This document shows, one piece after another, positions 38,658-47,963 of a DNA stretch of 64,000 nt. Within the stretch, counting starts at the first letter, position 1. Each line of letters begins with the position of its first letter. Under the pieces are notes generated by a model. That model made no database searches and had not been told where the DNA came from. It worked only from the letters and a program-made list of their open reading frames with translations. Both the position numbers and the translations under genes were made by a program. Origin of the DNA: Actinomycetes bacterium (GTDB taxonomy: Bacteria > Actinomycetota > Thermoleophilia > Solirubrobacterales > JACPNS01); assembly GCA_023404495.1 (NCBI GenBank), contig JAEYBE010000004.1, forward strand, positions 735 to 64,734, written 5' to 3'.

Positions 38658-38837
38658 ATGGCAGTCCCGAAGCAAAAACAGAGCCACTCGCGCACCAACA
38701 AGCGTCGTTCGCAGCACAAGATCACGAAGAAGACGTTGAACGAGTGCCCGCGCTGTAGTGCGCCCAAGCTCCCTCACCGTGTGTGCGGCGAGTGTGGCTT
38801 CTACCACGGCCGCGAAGCCGTGGACACCGACGCGTAG
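38658..38837 (+). CDS. rpmF: 50S ribosomal protein L32 (zinc-binding C+ form)
   Basis: Absent from the ORF track (59 aa). My own translation is MAVPKQKQSHSRTNKRRSQHKITKKTLNECPRCSAPKLPHRVCGECGFYHGREAVDTDA. Confidence 0.95.
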   Translation: MAVPKQKQSHSRTNKRRSQHKITKKTLNECPRCSAPKLPHRVCGECGFYHGREAVDTDA

Positions 38838-38844
38838 GCGCCTT

Positions 38845-39900
38845 ATGAAGATCGCCCTCGATGTTCAGGGCGCCGACAACGGCATCGAGGTCGTCGTCGA
38901 CGGCGCGCGTATCGTCGCCGCCGAGGGGATCGACGTCGTGCTCGTAGGGCCACCGGAAGAGATCGCGCGCTGCGGCGAGCTGCCCGCAAACGTCTCGGTG
39001 GCCGCCGCCAGCGAAGTTGTGACCAATCACGACGACCCGGCGACCGCTGTACGCAGCCGTAAGGATTCTTCGATAGTCGTCGGCGCAAAGCTAGTCGCAT
39101 CCGGCGAGGCCGACGCGCTCGTATCTGCCGGCCCCACCGGCGCGGCTCTGGCGGCGTCGCTTTTCAACATGAAGCGCATCAAGGGCGTGAAGCGCCCGGC
39201 GATCGCCGTGATTCTCCCCGATGGCCGCGGCGGGCGCTCCTTGTTGCTCGACGCCGGCGCCAATATCGACGTGCCGGCCGAGATGCTTGTCCAATTCGCC
39301 CACCTGGGCGCCCAGTTCTGCATTCGCGTTCTCGGCATCGCCGAGCCGCGGGTCGGCGTTCTCTCGATCGGCGAGGAGGACGGCAAGGGCAGCGATCGGG
39401 TGGTCGAAGCCGGACGCCTGCTCGCGGACCCGGAGAACTCGCACCACTTCAAGTACCTGGGCAACGTCGAAGGCCGCGACATCACCAACGGCGCCGCTGA
39501 CGTCATCGTGACCGACGGTTTCACCGGCAACGTCGCTCTCAAGTCGATCGAAGGCGCCGCCAAGGCGACGATGTTGGCGATGGTCGAAGCGATCAAGTCG
39601 ACCCCGACCTCCAAGCTCGGCGGCTTGCTCGCCAAACGCAGCCTGATGAAGATCCGCACTGAGGTCGATCCGAACACGACCGGGGGAGCCCTGCTGCTTG
39701 GGCTTCGCGGGGTGTCGGTGGTCGCGCACGGCTCCTCCAACCCAGACGGGATCGCCGCCGCATGTCGACTCGCGGCAAGGTCGGCCGAGGGCGATGTGAC
39801 CGGTGAGATCGCCGCCGCGATCGCCGAACTCAACGCTCACGTCGCCGAGACCCAAGCGCCCGAGGGCGCTGTTACGGTGGGATCTGCCGATGACGCGTGA
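38845..39900 (+). CDS. plsX: Phosphate acyltransferase PlsX
   Basis: From ATG 38845: MKIALDVQGADNGIEVVVDGA..., GDADALVSAGPTGA, DGFTGNVALKSIEG. Confidence 0.95.
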   Translation: MKIALDVQGADNGIEVVVDGARIVAAEGIDVVLVGPPEEIARCGELPANVSVAAASEVVTNHDDPATAVRSRKDSSIVVGAKLVASGEADALVSAGPTGAALAASLFNMKRIKGVKRPAIAVILPDGRGGRSLLLDAGANIDVPAEMLVQFAHLGAQFCIRVLGIAEPRVGVLSIGEEDGKGSDRVVEAGRLLADPENSHHFKYLGNVEGRDITNGAADVIVTDGFTGNVALKSIEGAAKATMLAMVEAIKSTPTSKLGGLLAKRSLMKIRTEVDPNTTGGALLLGLRGVSVVAHGSSNPDGIAAACRLAARSAEGDVTGEIAAAIAELNAHVAETQAPEGAVTVGSADDA

Positions 39901-40138
39901 CGAGATCTACGAAGCACTGAAGAAGACCCTGGTCGAGGAACTTGAGATCGACGGCGCCAAGGTGACGCCCGAAGCCGATTTCAAGGCCGATCTCGACGCC
40001 GACTCGCTGCATCTGGTCGAACTGGCGATGGAGCTTGAGGACAGCTACGGGGTTTCGATCCCCGACGAAGTGGCGCTCGAGCTGAAGACCGTCGGCTCGG
40101 TCGTCGACTACTTGCAAGGGAAGCTGGCCACGGCGTGA
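39890..40138 (+). CDS. acpP: Acyl carrier protein
   Basis: MTRDEIYEALKKTLVEELEIDGAKVTPEADFKADLDADSLHLVELAMELED; phosphopantetheine serine in DADSL. It overlaps the plsX 3' end by 11 nt. Confidence 0.9.
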   Translation: MTRDEIYEALKKTLVEELEIDGAKVTPEADFKADLDADSLHLVELAMELEDSYGVSIPDEVALELKTVGSVVDYLQGKLATA

Positions 40139-40836
40139 GCGATGGCTCGCGTCGTCTGCTTGAGCTGCTCGACGGACTCGCGCCCGAACTCAAATCGCGG
40201 GTCTTCACGCACAGCTCGTGGACCGAGGAGCGGGCCGACTCCTACGAACGCCTCGCCTTTCTCGGCGACGGCGTGCTCGGCATGGTGATCGCGGAGGTGC
40301 TGCTGCGCGAGAACGGCAGCGCGACGGCCGGCGACCTGACAAAGATTCGCGCCCAGGCGGCAAGTCGCGCGGCCTGCGCGCGAGTCGCCGAATCGCTCAA
40401 CGCCGCCGATCGGCTCGCTGCCGCCGCGCCGACCTCCGCAGAGCTGCCGATCGAGGACGTGATCTCCGCCCAGAGCGTGCTCGCCGAGGTTTGCGAAGCG
40501 GCGATCGGGGCTGTCTTTGAGCAGTACGGATACGAGATCACCGCGACGGCCGTGGCCGAGGCGTTTGCCGACGAAGTCGCCTTCGCTGAAGCCAATCCGG
40601 GCGACTTCAAGTCGAGTTTGCAGGAGTTTTTGGCCCGGCGCGGGCAGAAGCCCAGCTACGAGGTGATCGACTCCGAGGGACCGCCACACGACCGTCGTTT
40701 CGAGTGCGCAGTTGAGATCCGAGGCGATCGTTACGGTACGGGCATCGGACGCTCGAAGAAGGAGGCCGAGCAGGCCGCCGCGCAGGCGACGTTGGCGATG
40801 CTCCAAGCACCTACGACCGCGACCGACCAAGACTGA
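40135..40836 (+). CDS. rnc: Ribonuclease III
   Basis: Signature ERLAFLGDGVLG, and a C-terminal dsRBD (GPPHDRRFECAVEIRGDRYGTGIGRSKKEAEQAAAQ). GTG overlaps the acpP stop. Confidence 0.95.
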   Translation: MSDGSRRLLELLDGLAPELKSRVFTHSSWTEERADSYERLAFLGDGVLGMVIAEVLLRENGSATAGDLTKIRAQAASRAACARVAESLNAADRLAAAAPTSAELPIEDVISAQSVLAEVCEAAIGAVFEQYGYEITATAVAEAFADEVAFAEANPGDFKSSLQEFLARRGQKPSYEVIDSEGPPHDRRFECAVEIRGDRYGTGIGRSKKEAEQAAAQATLAMLQAPTTATDQD

Positions 40837-40839
40837 CGC

Positions 40840-43800
40840 ATGTATCTCAAAGCCGTACAGATGAAGGGGTTCAAATCGTTCCCCAGCAAGACTCGCCTGG
40901 ATTTCGGTCCGGGCGTGTCCGTGATCGTCGGACCCAATGGGTCGGGCAAGTCGAACGTCTCCGACGCGATCGTCTGGGCGCTGGGCGAGCAGAGCGCGTC
41001 GGCTGTGCGCGGACAGCAGATGCAGGACCTGCTCTTCGGCGGTGCAGACGGCGTGCCTTCGGCGTCGGCTGCGGAGGTCGAGCTGGTCTTCGACAACTCC
41101 GACGGCACGCTGGATTCGGGGTTTTCTGAGCTGTCGGTAACACGCCGGCTCTCGCGCGATGGTGAGGGCGAGTACCGCATCAACGGAGCACGCTGCCGGC
41201 TCGTAGATGTGATCGAGGTTCTCTCCGACACCGGTCTTGGTAAGGAGATGCACTCGGTGCTCAGCCAGGGCAAGGTCGACGAGATCGTCGCGAGCAAGCC
41301 GAAGGACCGCAGGCTCCTTGTGGAGGAGGCGGCGGGCCTGGGCAAGCACCGTAAGCGCCGCCGGCGTGCCCAGCTCAAGCTCGCAAAGACGCGCGACAAT
41401 CTCGACCGCGTGCTCGACGTCGAGCGCGAAGCGCGCTCGCGCTTGAAGCCGCTCAAGCGGCAGGCAGAAGCCGCCGAGACGCACGCGCGGCTGGAACTTC
41501 AATCCAATGAACTCCGCGCCGAGGAGGCCGCCGATCAGTTGCTGCGAGCTTCCGGAGAACTGCAAGACGCGACGAAGCTCGCCACCCAGTCGCGCGAAGC
41601 TCGGGCGGAGATCGAGCAGCAACTCGCCGAGGTTGCCAAGCAACGCGAGATCGCCGAACAGAAGATCGCCGCCGAGTCGGCCCGTCGTGAGAAGGCGACC
41701 GAATCGCTGTTCTCGGTGCGTTCGGTCAGCGAACGGATCGAAGGCGCGCGCGACCGGTCGTCCGAGCGCGTGCTGCGCCTGGAGGCAGAGATCGATCGTG
41801 CGCAGTCCGAACTCGGGCAGCTGACGCTCGATGTGCAGCCGGAGGTCGATACCTCGCGGATCGCCCAGCTTGAGTCCGAACTGACCGAGATCGAACGCCA
41901 GGGCCGCGCTGAACTTGAAGCAGAGCTCGTGGAGATGCGCGCCCAGCACGAGGCCGCCAAGGAGCAGCTCGCCGCGCTTGAAACCGAGTTCGCGACCGCC
42001 AAAGTTGCTGCCGAAACCGCCGAAACCGCCGCTGCAGACGCCCGCCGCGCGCTCGCCGAGGGGCAACGTGCACTGGCCGACGCGGGCCGAGAGCGGGGCC
42101 GGTTGGAGGGCGAGCTTTCGGCCGTGGAGCAGTTTCTGCGTGAGTCGGCGGGCGACGCTGGCGAATCGGCGCTCGCCCAGAAAGTCGGCGTCGAGGCCGG
42201 ATACGAACTGGCGCTCACGGCCGTGCTTGGCCGAAGGCTCCGCGCGGCGGTCGTCGGCGACATCGCCGAAGGCCAGAGCTTCCTCGATCGCATTGGCGAC
42301 GCTGGTGGCTCCGCGATGCTCGCTCCCCAAGCCGCCGCACAGCGTGGGAGCGTGCAGGTGCCGGGCGCTGAGCGACTGATTGAGAAGCTCCAGGCCGAAA
42401 GTTCGACCGAGAAGATCGTCGCTGCGCTGCTGGCCGACGTCTGGGTGGTCGAGTCACTGGACCGCTTGCCGGCTGGATTTGACGGCGTCGCCGTGACAAA
42501 AGCCGGGCGCGTCTTTTTCGCCCGCACCGGCGAACTGCGTCAGGCTGCCGGCGGCGGAGAGCAGCGCGTGCTGGCAGAGAAGAACCGCCGTGAGGACCTC
42601 ACTACGCGACTGACTGCCGCTCGCACGCTCGAGACCCAGGCGCAGAGCGCGCTAGTGGGCTTCGAATCGGCTGTCAAGTCGTCGGAGACCGCTCGCGACG
42701 AGGCCCACGCGGCTTCGCGCGCCAAGCGCATCGAACGCGACGAGCTCTCCGGCGCCGTTCAGGGCCAGTCGCGCGCGATCGAGCGCCGCATCGAGGCGGG
42801 ACTCGCGGACGGTCCGACCGCGGTCCGCCGGGCCGGCGTCGAGGCCGAACTGCGCAGCGAGCGCTCGCACGCCGAGCAGATGCAGCGTGCGGCCGAACTG
42901 CAGGCGCGCCGCCGCGAGGAACTCGAAGTGAAACTTCTGGCGCTGCGCGGCGCCGTGCCTCGCGCGCAGGACCTTTCCGCGGCACTTGCCGACGCGGCTG
43001 TCCAGGCCAACGAGCGAATCGCCGTGATTTCGGCCGCGCTCGACGGCGATCGTGCCGCCGGCGAGGCGCTTGCGCGCGAATTGCGCTCGCATGCCACCCG
43101 CGAGGCGGAGCTGCAGGCCCAACTCCGTGAGCAGGGCGAGCGCGTGACGACCGCCGAAGTGCGGGCGCAGCGCGCTCGGGACATGCACGCCGAAGCAGAA
43201 CTCGCCGCGCGTGAATTGGCGGAGAAGCTCGGCCGGCCGGTCGTGATCGCCGAAACCTTGCTCGACGAGGCGCGACGCGAGGAGGTCAGCGCAGGCCTTG
43301 CTCGCATTGCTCGCAGGCGAGAGCTGCTTGGTCCGATCAACCCGCTGGCTCAGGACGAATACGCCGAGGCGCTCGCGCACGTTGAGGAACTCGAGTCACA
43401 GCGCGACGATCTTGAGACCGCGCTCAAGGAGCTCGGCGAGCTGATCAAGGAGATCGACAAGACGATCCGCACGAGCTTCGAAGAGACCTTCGCTTCGACT
43501 AGCGCCCACTTCGAGGAGCTGATCGAGCGACTGTTCCCGGGCGGCAAAGGCCGCCTTGAGCTGGTGACCGACGAAAAGCCCAACGTCACGCCCGCGCTGA
43601 CGGCAGCCGGCGTTGACGCGGCCGAGGCTCAGGCGGCGGCCGATGCCGCCGAGGACGCCATGCCTGAGGACCCCGAAGAAGAGCAGGCAGCCAAGGAGAT
43701 CGAGCACGGCGTCGAGATCAAGGTGCAGTTGCCGGGCAGCAAGTCCGGACGGGCACTCACGCTGCTCTCTGGCGGTGAGCGATCACTGGTCGCCCTGGCG

Positions 43801-44076
43801 TTTCTCTTCAGCGTCTTCCTGACGCGCCCATGTCCGTTCTACATCTTCGACGAGGCTGAGGCTGCGCTCGACGACGTCAACATCGATCGCCTGGTCGCGC
43901 TCCTGCGCGAACACAGCGACAACAGCCAGTTCATCGTGATCACCCACCAGAAGCGCACGATGGATGCCGCGGACTGTCTCTACGGCGTCTCGATGGGCAA
44001 GGACGGGATCAGCAAGGTGATCACCCGCCGCATGACCGGCCGCGAGACCGAACACGGCGAACTGATCGTCGCCTGA
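40840..44076 (+). CDS. smc: Chromosome segregation protein SMC
   Basis: MYLKAVQMKGFKSFPSKTRLDFGPGVSVIVGPNGSGKSNVSDAI, long coiled coils with a central hinge, and a C-terminal LSGGERSLVALAFLFSVF...FYIFDEAEAALD. Confidence 0.95.
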   Translation: MYLKAVQMKGFKSFPSKTRLDFGPGVSVIVGPNGSGKSNVSDAIVWALGEQSASAVRGQQMQDLLFGGADGVPSASAAEVELVFDNSDGTLDSGFSELSVTRRLSRDGEGEYRINGARCRLVDVIEVLSDTGLGKEMHSVLSQGKVDEIVASKPKDRRLLVEEAAGLGKHRKRRRRAQLKLAKTRDNLDRVLDVEREARSRLKPLKRQAEAAETHARLELQSNELRAEEAADQLLRASGELQDATKLATQSREARAEIEQQLAEVAKQREIAEQKIAAESARREKATESLFSVRSVSERIEGARDRSSERVLRLEAEIDRAQSELGQLTLDVQPEVDTSRIAQLESELTEIERQGRAELEAELVEMRAQHEAAKEQLAALETEFATAKVAAETAETAAADARRALAEGQRALADAGRERGRLEGELSAVEQFLRESAGDAGESALAQKVGVEAGYELALTAVLGRRLRAAVVGDIAEGQSFLDRIGDAGGSAMLAPQAAAQRGSVQVPGAERLIEKLQAESSTEKIVAALLADVWVVESLDRLPAGFDGVAVTKAGRVFFARTGELRQAAGGGEQRVLAEKNRREDLTTRLTAARTLETQAQSALVGFESAVKSSETARDEAHAASRAKRIERDELSGAVQGQSRAIERRIEAGLADGPTAVRRAGVEAELRSERSHAEQMQRAAELQARRREELEVKLLALRGAVPRAQDLSAALADAAVQANERIAVISAALDGDRAAGEALARELRSHATREAELQAQLREQGERVTTAEVRAQRARDMHAEAELAARELAEKLGRPVVIAETLLDEARREEVSAGLARIARRRELLGPINPLAQDEYAEALAHVEELESQRDDLETALKELGELIKEIDKTIRTSFEETFASTSAHFEELIERLFPGGKGRLELVTDEKPNVTPALTAAGVDAAEAQAAADAAEDAMPEDPEEEQAAKEIEHGVEIKVQLPGSKSGRALTLLSGGERSLVALAFLFSVFLTRPCPFYIFDEAEAALDDVNIDRLVALLREHSDNSQFIVITHQKRTMDAADCLYGVSMGKDGISKVITRRMTGRETEHGELIVA

Positions 44077-44080
44077 GGCC

Positions 44081-45040
44081 ATGCGCGTTCTGGTCGCAGG
44101 CGGAATGGGGGCGATCGGGCGCCCGCTGATTCCGATGCTGGTAGGCGCAGGGCACGAAGTATTCGCCAGCACGCGCGCAGAATCCAGGGCCGCCCAGATC
44201 GAGACGACCGGCGCGACCCCGGTGGTCGCTGACTTCCTCGAGACCGGCGCGGCAGAGGCGGCCATTGAGGCCAGCAGACCGGATGCGGTTATTGATCTGC
44301 TGACGAGTCTGCCGCAGGATTTCGACCCGCGCAGGGCCAAGTCCGCATACGAAGCGAACGACCGCGTCCGCCGCGAAGGCACCGGGGCGCTGCTCGCCGC
44401 CGCAGCAGCCGGCGGCGTCAATCGCTATCTCTGTCAGTCCGTCGCGTTCCTATATCGGCCGGGCGGCGATGACCCGCGCTCTGAAGACGATCCGATCTGG
44501 AGCGACGCGCCAGCACCCTATGACAAGTCCGTCGCTGTGCTCGCCGAGAACGAGCGCAAGGTCACGCAGAACTCGGCGTTCACCGGCGTGGTTCTGCGTT
44601 ATGGCTTCCTCTACGGGCCTGGAACCTGGTTTGAGACTGGCGGCAGCACGTACAACTCGGTGCAGAAGCGCCAGTACCCGCTGATCGGCGACGGTGGTGG
44701 CATCAACTCGATGGTTCACGTTGCCGACGCTGCATCGGCAACGCTCGCGGCGCTCGAGCGTGGCGAAGGCATCTACAACATCGTCGATGACGATCCCGCG
44801 GCGATGAGTGAGCTGGTGCCGGCGTACGCCGAAATGATCGGGGCCGGGCCGCCGCGAAAGATTCCGTCGTGGATTGCGCGGATTGCGGTCGGCAAGTACC
44901 TCATCGCGGCGGCCACCACGCTTCCGGGCGCGAGCAATCAGAAGGCCAAGCGCGAACTTGGATGGACTCCCGCGATTCCCAGTTGGCGGACCGGGCTGCG
45001 CGATTTCCGCGACCGCGACCCAGCGCTCACCGGCCAATGA
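44081..45040 (+). CDS. NAD(P)-dependent epimerase/dehydratase family (atypical SDR) protein
   Basis: MRVLVAGGMGAIGRPLIPMLVGAGHEV Rossmann motif; 319 aa. Confidence 0.75.
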   Translation: MRVLVAGGMGAIGRPLIPMLVGAGHEVFASTRAESRAAQIETTGATPVVADFLETGAAEAAIEASRPDAVIDLLTSLPQDFDPRRAKSAYEANDRVRREGTGALLAAAAAGGVNRYLCQSVAFLYRPGGDDPRSEDDPIWSDAPAPYDKSVAVLAENERKVTQNSAFTGVVLRYGFLYGPGTWFETGGSTYNSVQKRQYPLIGDGGGINSMVHVADAASATLAALERGEGIYNIVDDDPAAMSELVPAYAEMIGAGPPRKIPSWIARIAVGKYLIAAATTLPGASNQKAKRELGWTPAIPSWRTGLRDFRDRDPALTGQ

Positions 45041-45432
45041 GCGAGAGCAAGGGCGACTCGCCGATCGTCACCGCGCTGATCTCCGCATTCGCGGCGATCG
45101 AACTGCTCACCTCGCTCTGGATGGTCGCGGCGCCCGGCTCGTTCTTCGAGAACATCGGCCCGTTCGGCCCTTACAACGCTCATTACCTGCGAGATGTGGC
45201 GGCATTTCAAGCGGGAATCGGGCTCGCCTTGCTGGCATCGATCTGGCTGCGCGCATTGCGGCCCGGGGCGGTCTGCGCGCTCCTGGCGGCGTCCGCGCTG
45301 CACGCGGTCAATCACATCGCCGACCTGAACGCCGTGGCGAATTCCAACGCCGATCTGATCGACGCCGTGCTTGTGACCCTCACAGCGATCGTGGCGGCCT
45401 GGTTGCTCAAAGCCACGCTGGAGAGTGGTTGA
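45037..45432 (+). CDS. Hypothetical 4-TM membrane protein
   Basis: The ATG overlaps the upstream stop (ATGA). The product is MSESKGDSPIVTALISAFAAIELLTSLWMVAAPGSFFENIGPFGPYNAHYLRDVAAFQAG... Confidence 0.5.
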   Translation: MSESKGDSPIVTALISAFAAIELLTSLWMVAAPGSFFENIGPFGPYNAHYLRDVAAFQAGIGLALLASIWLRALRPGAVCALLAASALHAVNHIADLNAVANSNADLIDAVLVTLTAIVAAWLLKATLESG

Positions 45433-45458
45433 CGAACACACGGGATATGTGTTACACT
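45429..45458 (+). promoter_or_regulatory. Candidate vapBC promoter with an overlapping palindromic operator
   Basis: TTGACG (45429-45434), 18-nt spacer, TACACT (45453-45458). The spacer contains the palindrome AACACA-CGGGATA-TGTGTT (45435-45453). A transcript would start at about 45465, i.e. at the GTG of vapB (leaderless). Confidence 0.45.
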
Positions 45459-45464
45459 GATCCC

Positions 45465-45713
45465 GTGGCGAACTTGACGATTGCAGTTGACGACGATCTC
45501 CTCAAGCGCGCGAGAGTTCGCGCAGCCGAGAACGGAACATCCGTGAACGCCGTGCTTCGCGAGAGGCTCGAGCAGTACGGCGGCGACGCCCGCGCAAGCG
45601 CGCTGGAGCGGTTCCTGGCACGCGACCACGGATCTCCCACGAATCGCGAGCCATACGTATGGAACCGAGAAGAGATCTACCGGGATCGCCTGAGGAAGGC
45701 CGCCGGCGATTGA
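45465..45713 (+). CDS. vapB: Antitoxin (ribbon-helix-helix/VapB-like)
   Basis: VANLTIAVDDDLLKRARVRAAENGTSVNAVLRERLEQY is an RHH-like N-terminus. An alternative start is ATG 45447. The stop overlaps the toxin start (TTGA). Confidence 0.6.
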   Translation: MANLTIAVDDDLLKRARVRAAENGTSVNAVLRERLEQYGGDARASALERFLARDHGSPTNREPYVWNREEIYRDRLRKAAGD

Positions 45714-46111
45714 AGGTCTTCGCCGACAGCAACGTTCTGATCTATGCGATCGACGACAGCGATCAGACCAAGCGACAGCGTGCGCGGCACCTGCTCGAAC
45801 AACACTGGTCACAGCTCGTGATCAGCACGCAGGTGATGCTCGAGTTCCACGCGGTGTGCAGCCGCAACGACGGAATCCACTCGAGTGCCATTTCGGAGAG
45901 TCTCAAGGATTTCGCGGCGCTGGATGTCATCCCGGCTGACGCGAGGGCCGTACTCACCGCGACGTCAATCGCCGACCAAATAGGCCTGTCGACTTCCGAC
46001 GCGATGATCGTTGAGGCCGCTACGCGCGGTGGTTGCGAATTGCTCGTCACGGAAGACGCGCAACTGCTGGCCGCGGACTTGCCCCTGGAGGCCAGAAACC
46101 CCTTCGCCTGA
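45710..46111 (+). CDS. vapC: PIN-domain toxin VapC
   Basis: LKVFADSNVLIYAIDD...TQVMLEF...SDAMIVEAA...LVTEDAQL carries the acidic PIN residues (D, E, D, D) at the expected spacing. TTG start. Confidence 0.8.
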   Translation: MKVFADSNVLIYAIDDSDQTKRQRARHLLEQHWSQLVISTQVMLEFHAVCSRNDGIHSSAISESLKDFAALDVIPADARAVLTATSIADQIGLSTSDAMIVEAATRGGCELLVTEDAQLLAADLPLEARNPFA

Positions 46112-46114
46112 GCC

Positions 46115-47173
46115 CTATTGCCCGAGCTCGGCCTTGTCGATCTGCTTGTTGTTGAGCTGCGACTCGTCGATCCCGACGAAGTTGCTGGCCTGCATCATCG
46201 CCGGGGCCTCGCCGCCGGTGGAGCCGTCGCCCTCGCGCCCGGCGAGCGCGATTGTGAAGTAGCTGCCGACCGGGCGGTCGTGACGGTGGGAGATGCCGCC
46301 GGCCATTTCGGTCAGCCGGGCGACCCGGTCTTCGGTGGCCGGGTGCGTCGCGAAGATCGTCGAGGTCTTGCCCTTGGCGTTCATCGACGGGGCGATCATC
46401 ATGTGCGCGATCGCCTCTTCAGGACGCTCAGTCGGGACCATGTTGCCGGAGATCTGATTGAGCGCCGACGCAAGGCCCTGCGGATAGCGGGTGAGCTCCG
46501 CGCCCGAGGCGTCTGCCACGTATTCGCGCTTGCGGCTGATCGACATCTGAATGATCGTCGCCGCGATCGGAGCGAGAATCACCGTCAGCAGCACGATCAC
46601 GAGCCCGATCCAGCCGCCGCCATTGTTGTTCCCGCGGCCGCCGCCGAACCAGAGGCTGTAGGAAATGATCTGCGCGATCAGCGCGATCGACCCGGCAAGC
46701 ACCGCCGCGTACGTCATCAGCTTGACGTCGAGGTTCTTGATGTGGGCCATCTCGTGCGCAAGTACCCCGTAGAGCTCCTGGTCATCGAGCACGTCGAGCA
46801 GGCCTTGGTTCACGCAGATCAGCGCTTGTTCCGGATTGCGACCAGCCGCGAAAGCATTGGGCGACGGGTCATGCGAGATGAACAGGCGCGGCATCGGCAG
46901 ACCCGCGGTGATCGAAAGGTTCTCGACCATGCGCCAGAGCTCGGGCGCCTCGGACTTGGATTTGACCTGCTTGCCGCCGGCAGCGAGCACGGCCATGTCG
47001 TCGCCGCCGAAGAGCGAGAAGAGGACCATCATCACGGCGATCGCCGCGACACCGATCGCGCCGATCGGGCCGACCCATAGGTAGAGCCCGTACCCGATGA
47101 CCGCATAGATCACCAGGAACCCGGCCATCAGCAGCCAGGACTTGCGCTTGTTGCTCGAGATCTGCTTGTACAT
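46115..47173 (-). CDS. htpX: M48 family zinc metalloprotease HtpX, with a ~70-aa C-terminal extension
   Basis: HEMAHIKN zinc motif, four TM segments, and ATHPATEDRVARL near the usual C-terminus. Confidence 0.9.
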   Translation of the reverse strand: MYKQISSNKRKSWLLMAGFLVIYAVIGYGLYLWVGPIGAIGVAAIAVMMVLFSLFGGDDMAVLAAGGKQVKSKSEAPELWRMVENLSITAGLPMPRLFISHDPSPNAFAAGRNPEQALICVNQGLLDVLDDQELYGVLAHEMAHIKNLDVKLMTYAAVLAGSIALIAQIISYSLWFGGGRGNNNGGGWIGLVIVLLTVILAPIAATIIQMSISRKREYVADASGAELTRYPQGLASALNQISGNMVPTERPEEAIAHMMIAPSMNAKGKTSTIFATHPATEDRVARLTEMAGGISHRHDRPVGSYFTIALAGREGDGSTGGEAPAMMQASNFVGIDESQLNNKQIDKAELGQ

Positions 47174-47179
47174 CTGCGA

Positions 47180-47866
47180 CTAGGCGGTCGGCGGACCCGG
47201 GGGGGCCGATCCCTCGCCGCCGGCAGGCGGGTTTGTCGGCGGCGCCGCTGGCGGCGCGGCCGGCGGGGCGGCAGGCGCGGCTCCAGCGGGAGGTGCCGCG
47301 AAGCTCGTCGCGTCGAACGAAACGCCCGGAACTTCCTTCTCGGCCGGGTCCTCGATCTCGAAGAACTCGTGCTCGGTGATCTTCGCGAAACCGGCGATGA
47401 TGCTGCTTGGGAACTGCTGAATCTTGATGTTCAGGTCGCGCACGTTCATGTTGTAGAAACGGCGGCTGGCCTGGATCTTGTCCTCGGTGTCTGTCAGCTC
47501 GTTCTGCAGCTGGAGGAAGTTCTGGTTGGCCTTCAGGTCCGGGTAGGCCTCTGCGACGGCGAAGAGGCGGCCTAGCGCCTGGCCGAGGATGCCCTCAGCG
47601 GCGGCCGACTGTTCCGGTCCGGACGCGTTGACGGCGTTTGTCCGCGCCTGCGTCACCGCGTCGAAGGTCTGGCGCTCGTGCGATGCGTAACCCTTGACGG
47701 TCTCAACGAGGTTCGGGATCAAGTCGTGTCGGCGCTTGAGCTGCGTCTCGATGTCTGAGAAAGCTTCTTCGGTGCGGTTGCGCAGCGAGATCAAGCTGTT
47801 GTACGTCGCTACGACGTAAATGATCAGCAGGACGACGATTACTGCGATAACGATCAGGGCGATCAT
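47180..47866 (-). CDS. lemA: LemA family protein with a Pro/Ala-rich C-terminal tail
   Basis: From ATG 47866: MIALIVIAVIVVLLIIYVVATYNSLISLRNRTEEAFSDIETQLKRRHDLIPNLVETVKGYASHE.... The tail is PPAGAAPAAPPAAPPAAPPTNPPAGGEGSAPPGPPTA. Confidence 0.9.
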   Translation of the reverse strand: MIALIVIAVIVVLLIIYVVATYNSLISLRNRTEEAFSDIETQLKRRHDLIPNLVETVKGYASHERQTFDAVTQARTNAVNASGPEQSAAAEGILGQALGRLFAVAEAYPDLKANQNFLQLQNELTDTEDKIQASRRFYNMNVRDLNIKIQQFPSSIIAGFAKITEHEFFEIEDPAEKEVPGVSFDATSFAAPPAGAAPAAPPAAPPAAPPTNPPAGGEGSAPPGPPTA

Positions 47867-47963
47867 CTGGGGCTGGTGCCTTTCTTGGGCGGTCGCGGTT
47901 GCGAGCGTTTCGTAGATTCTTACCGATCCGGGCGGCGTTCTTGTCGGCACATAAGCTTCCCGC

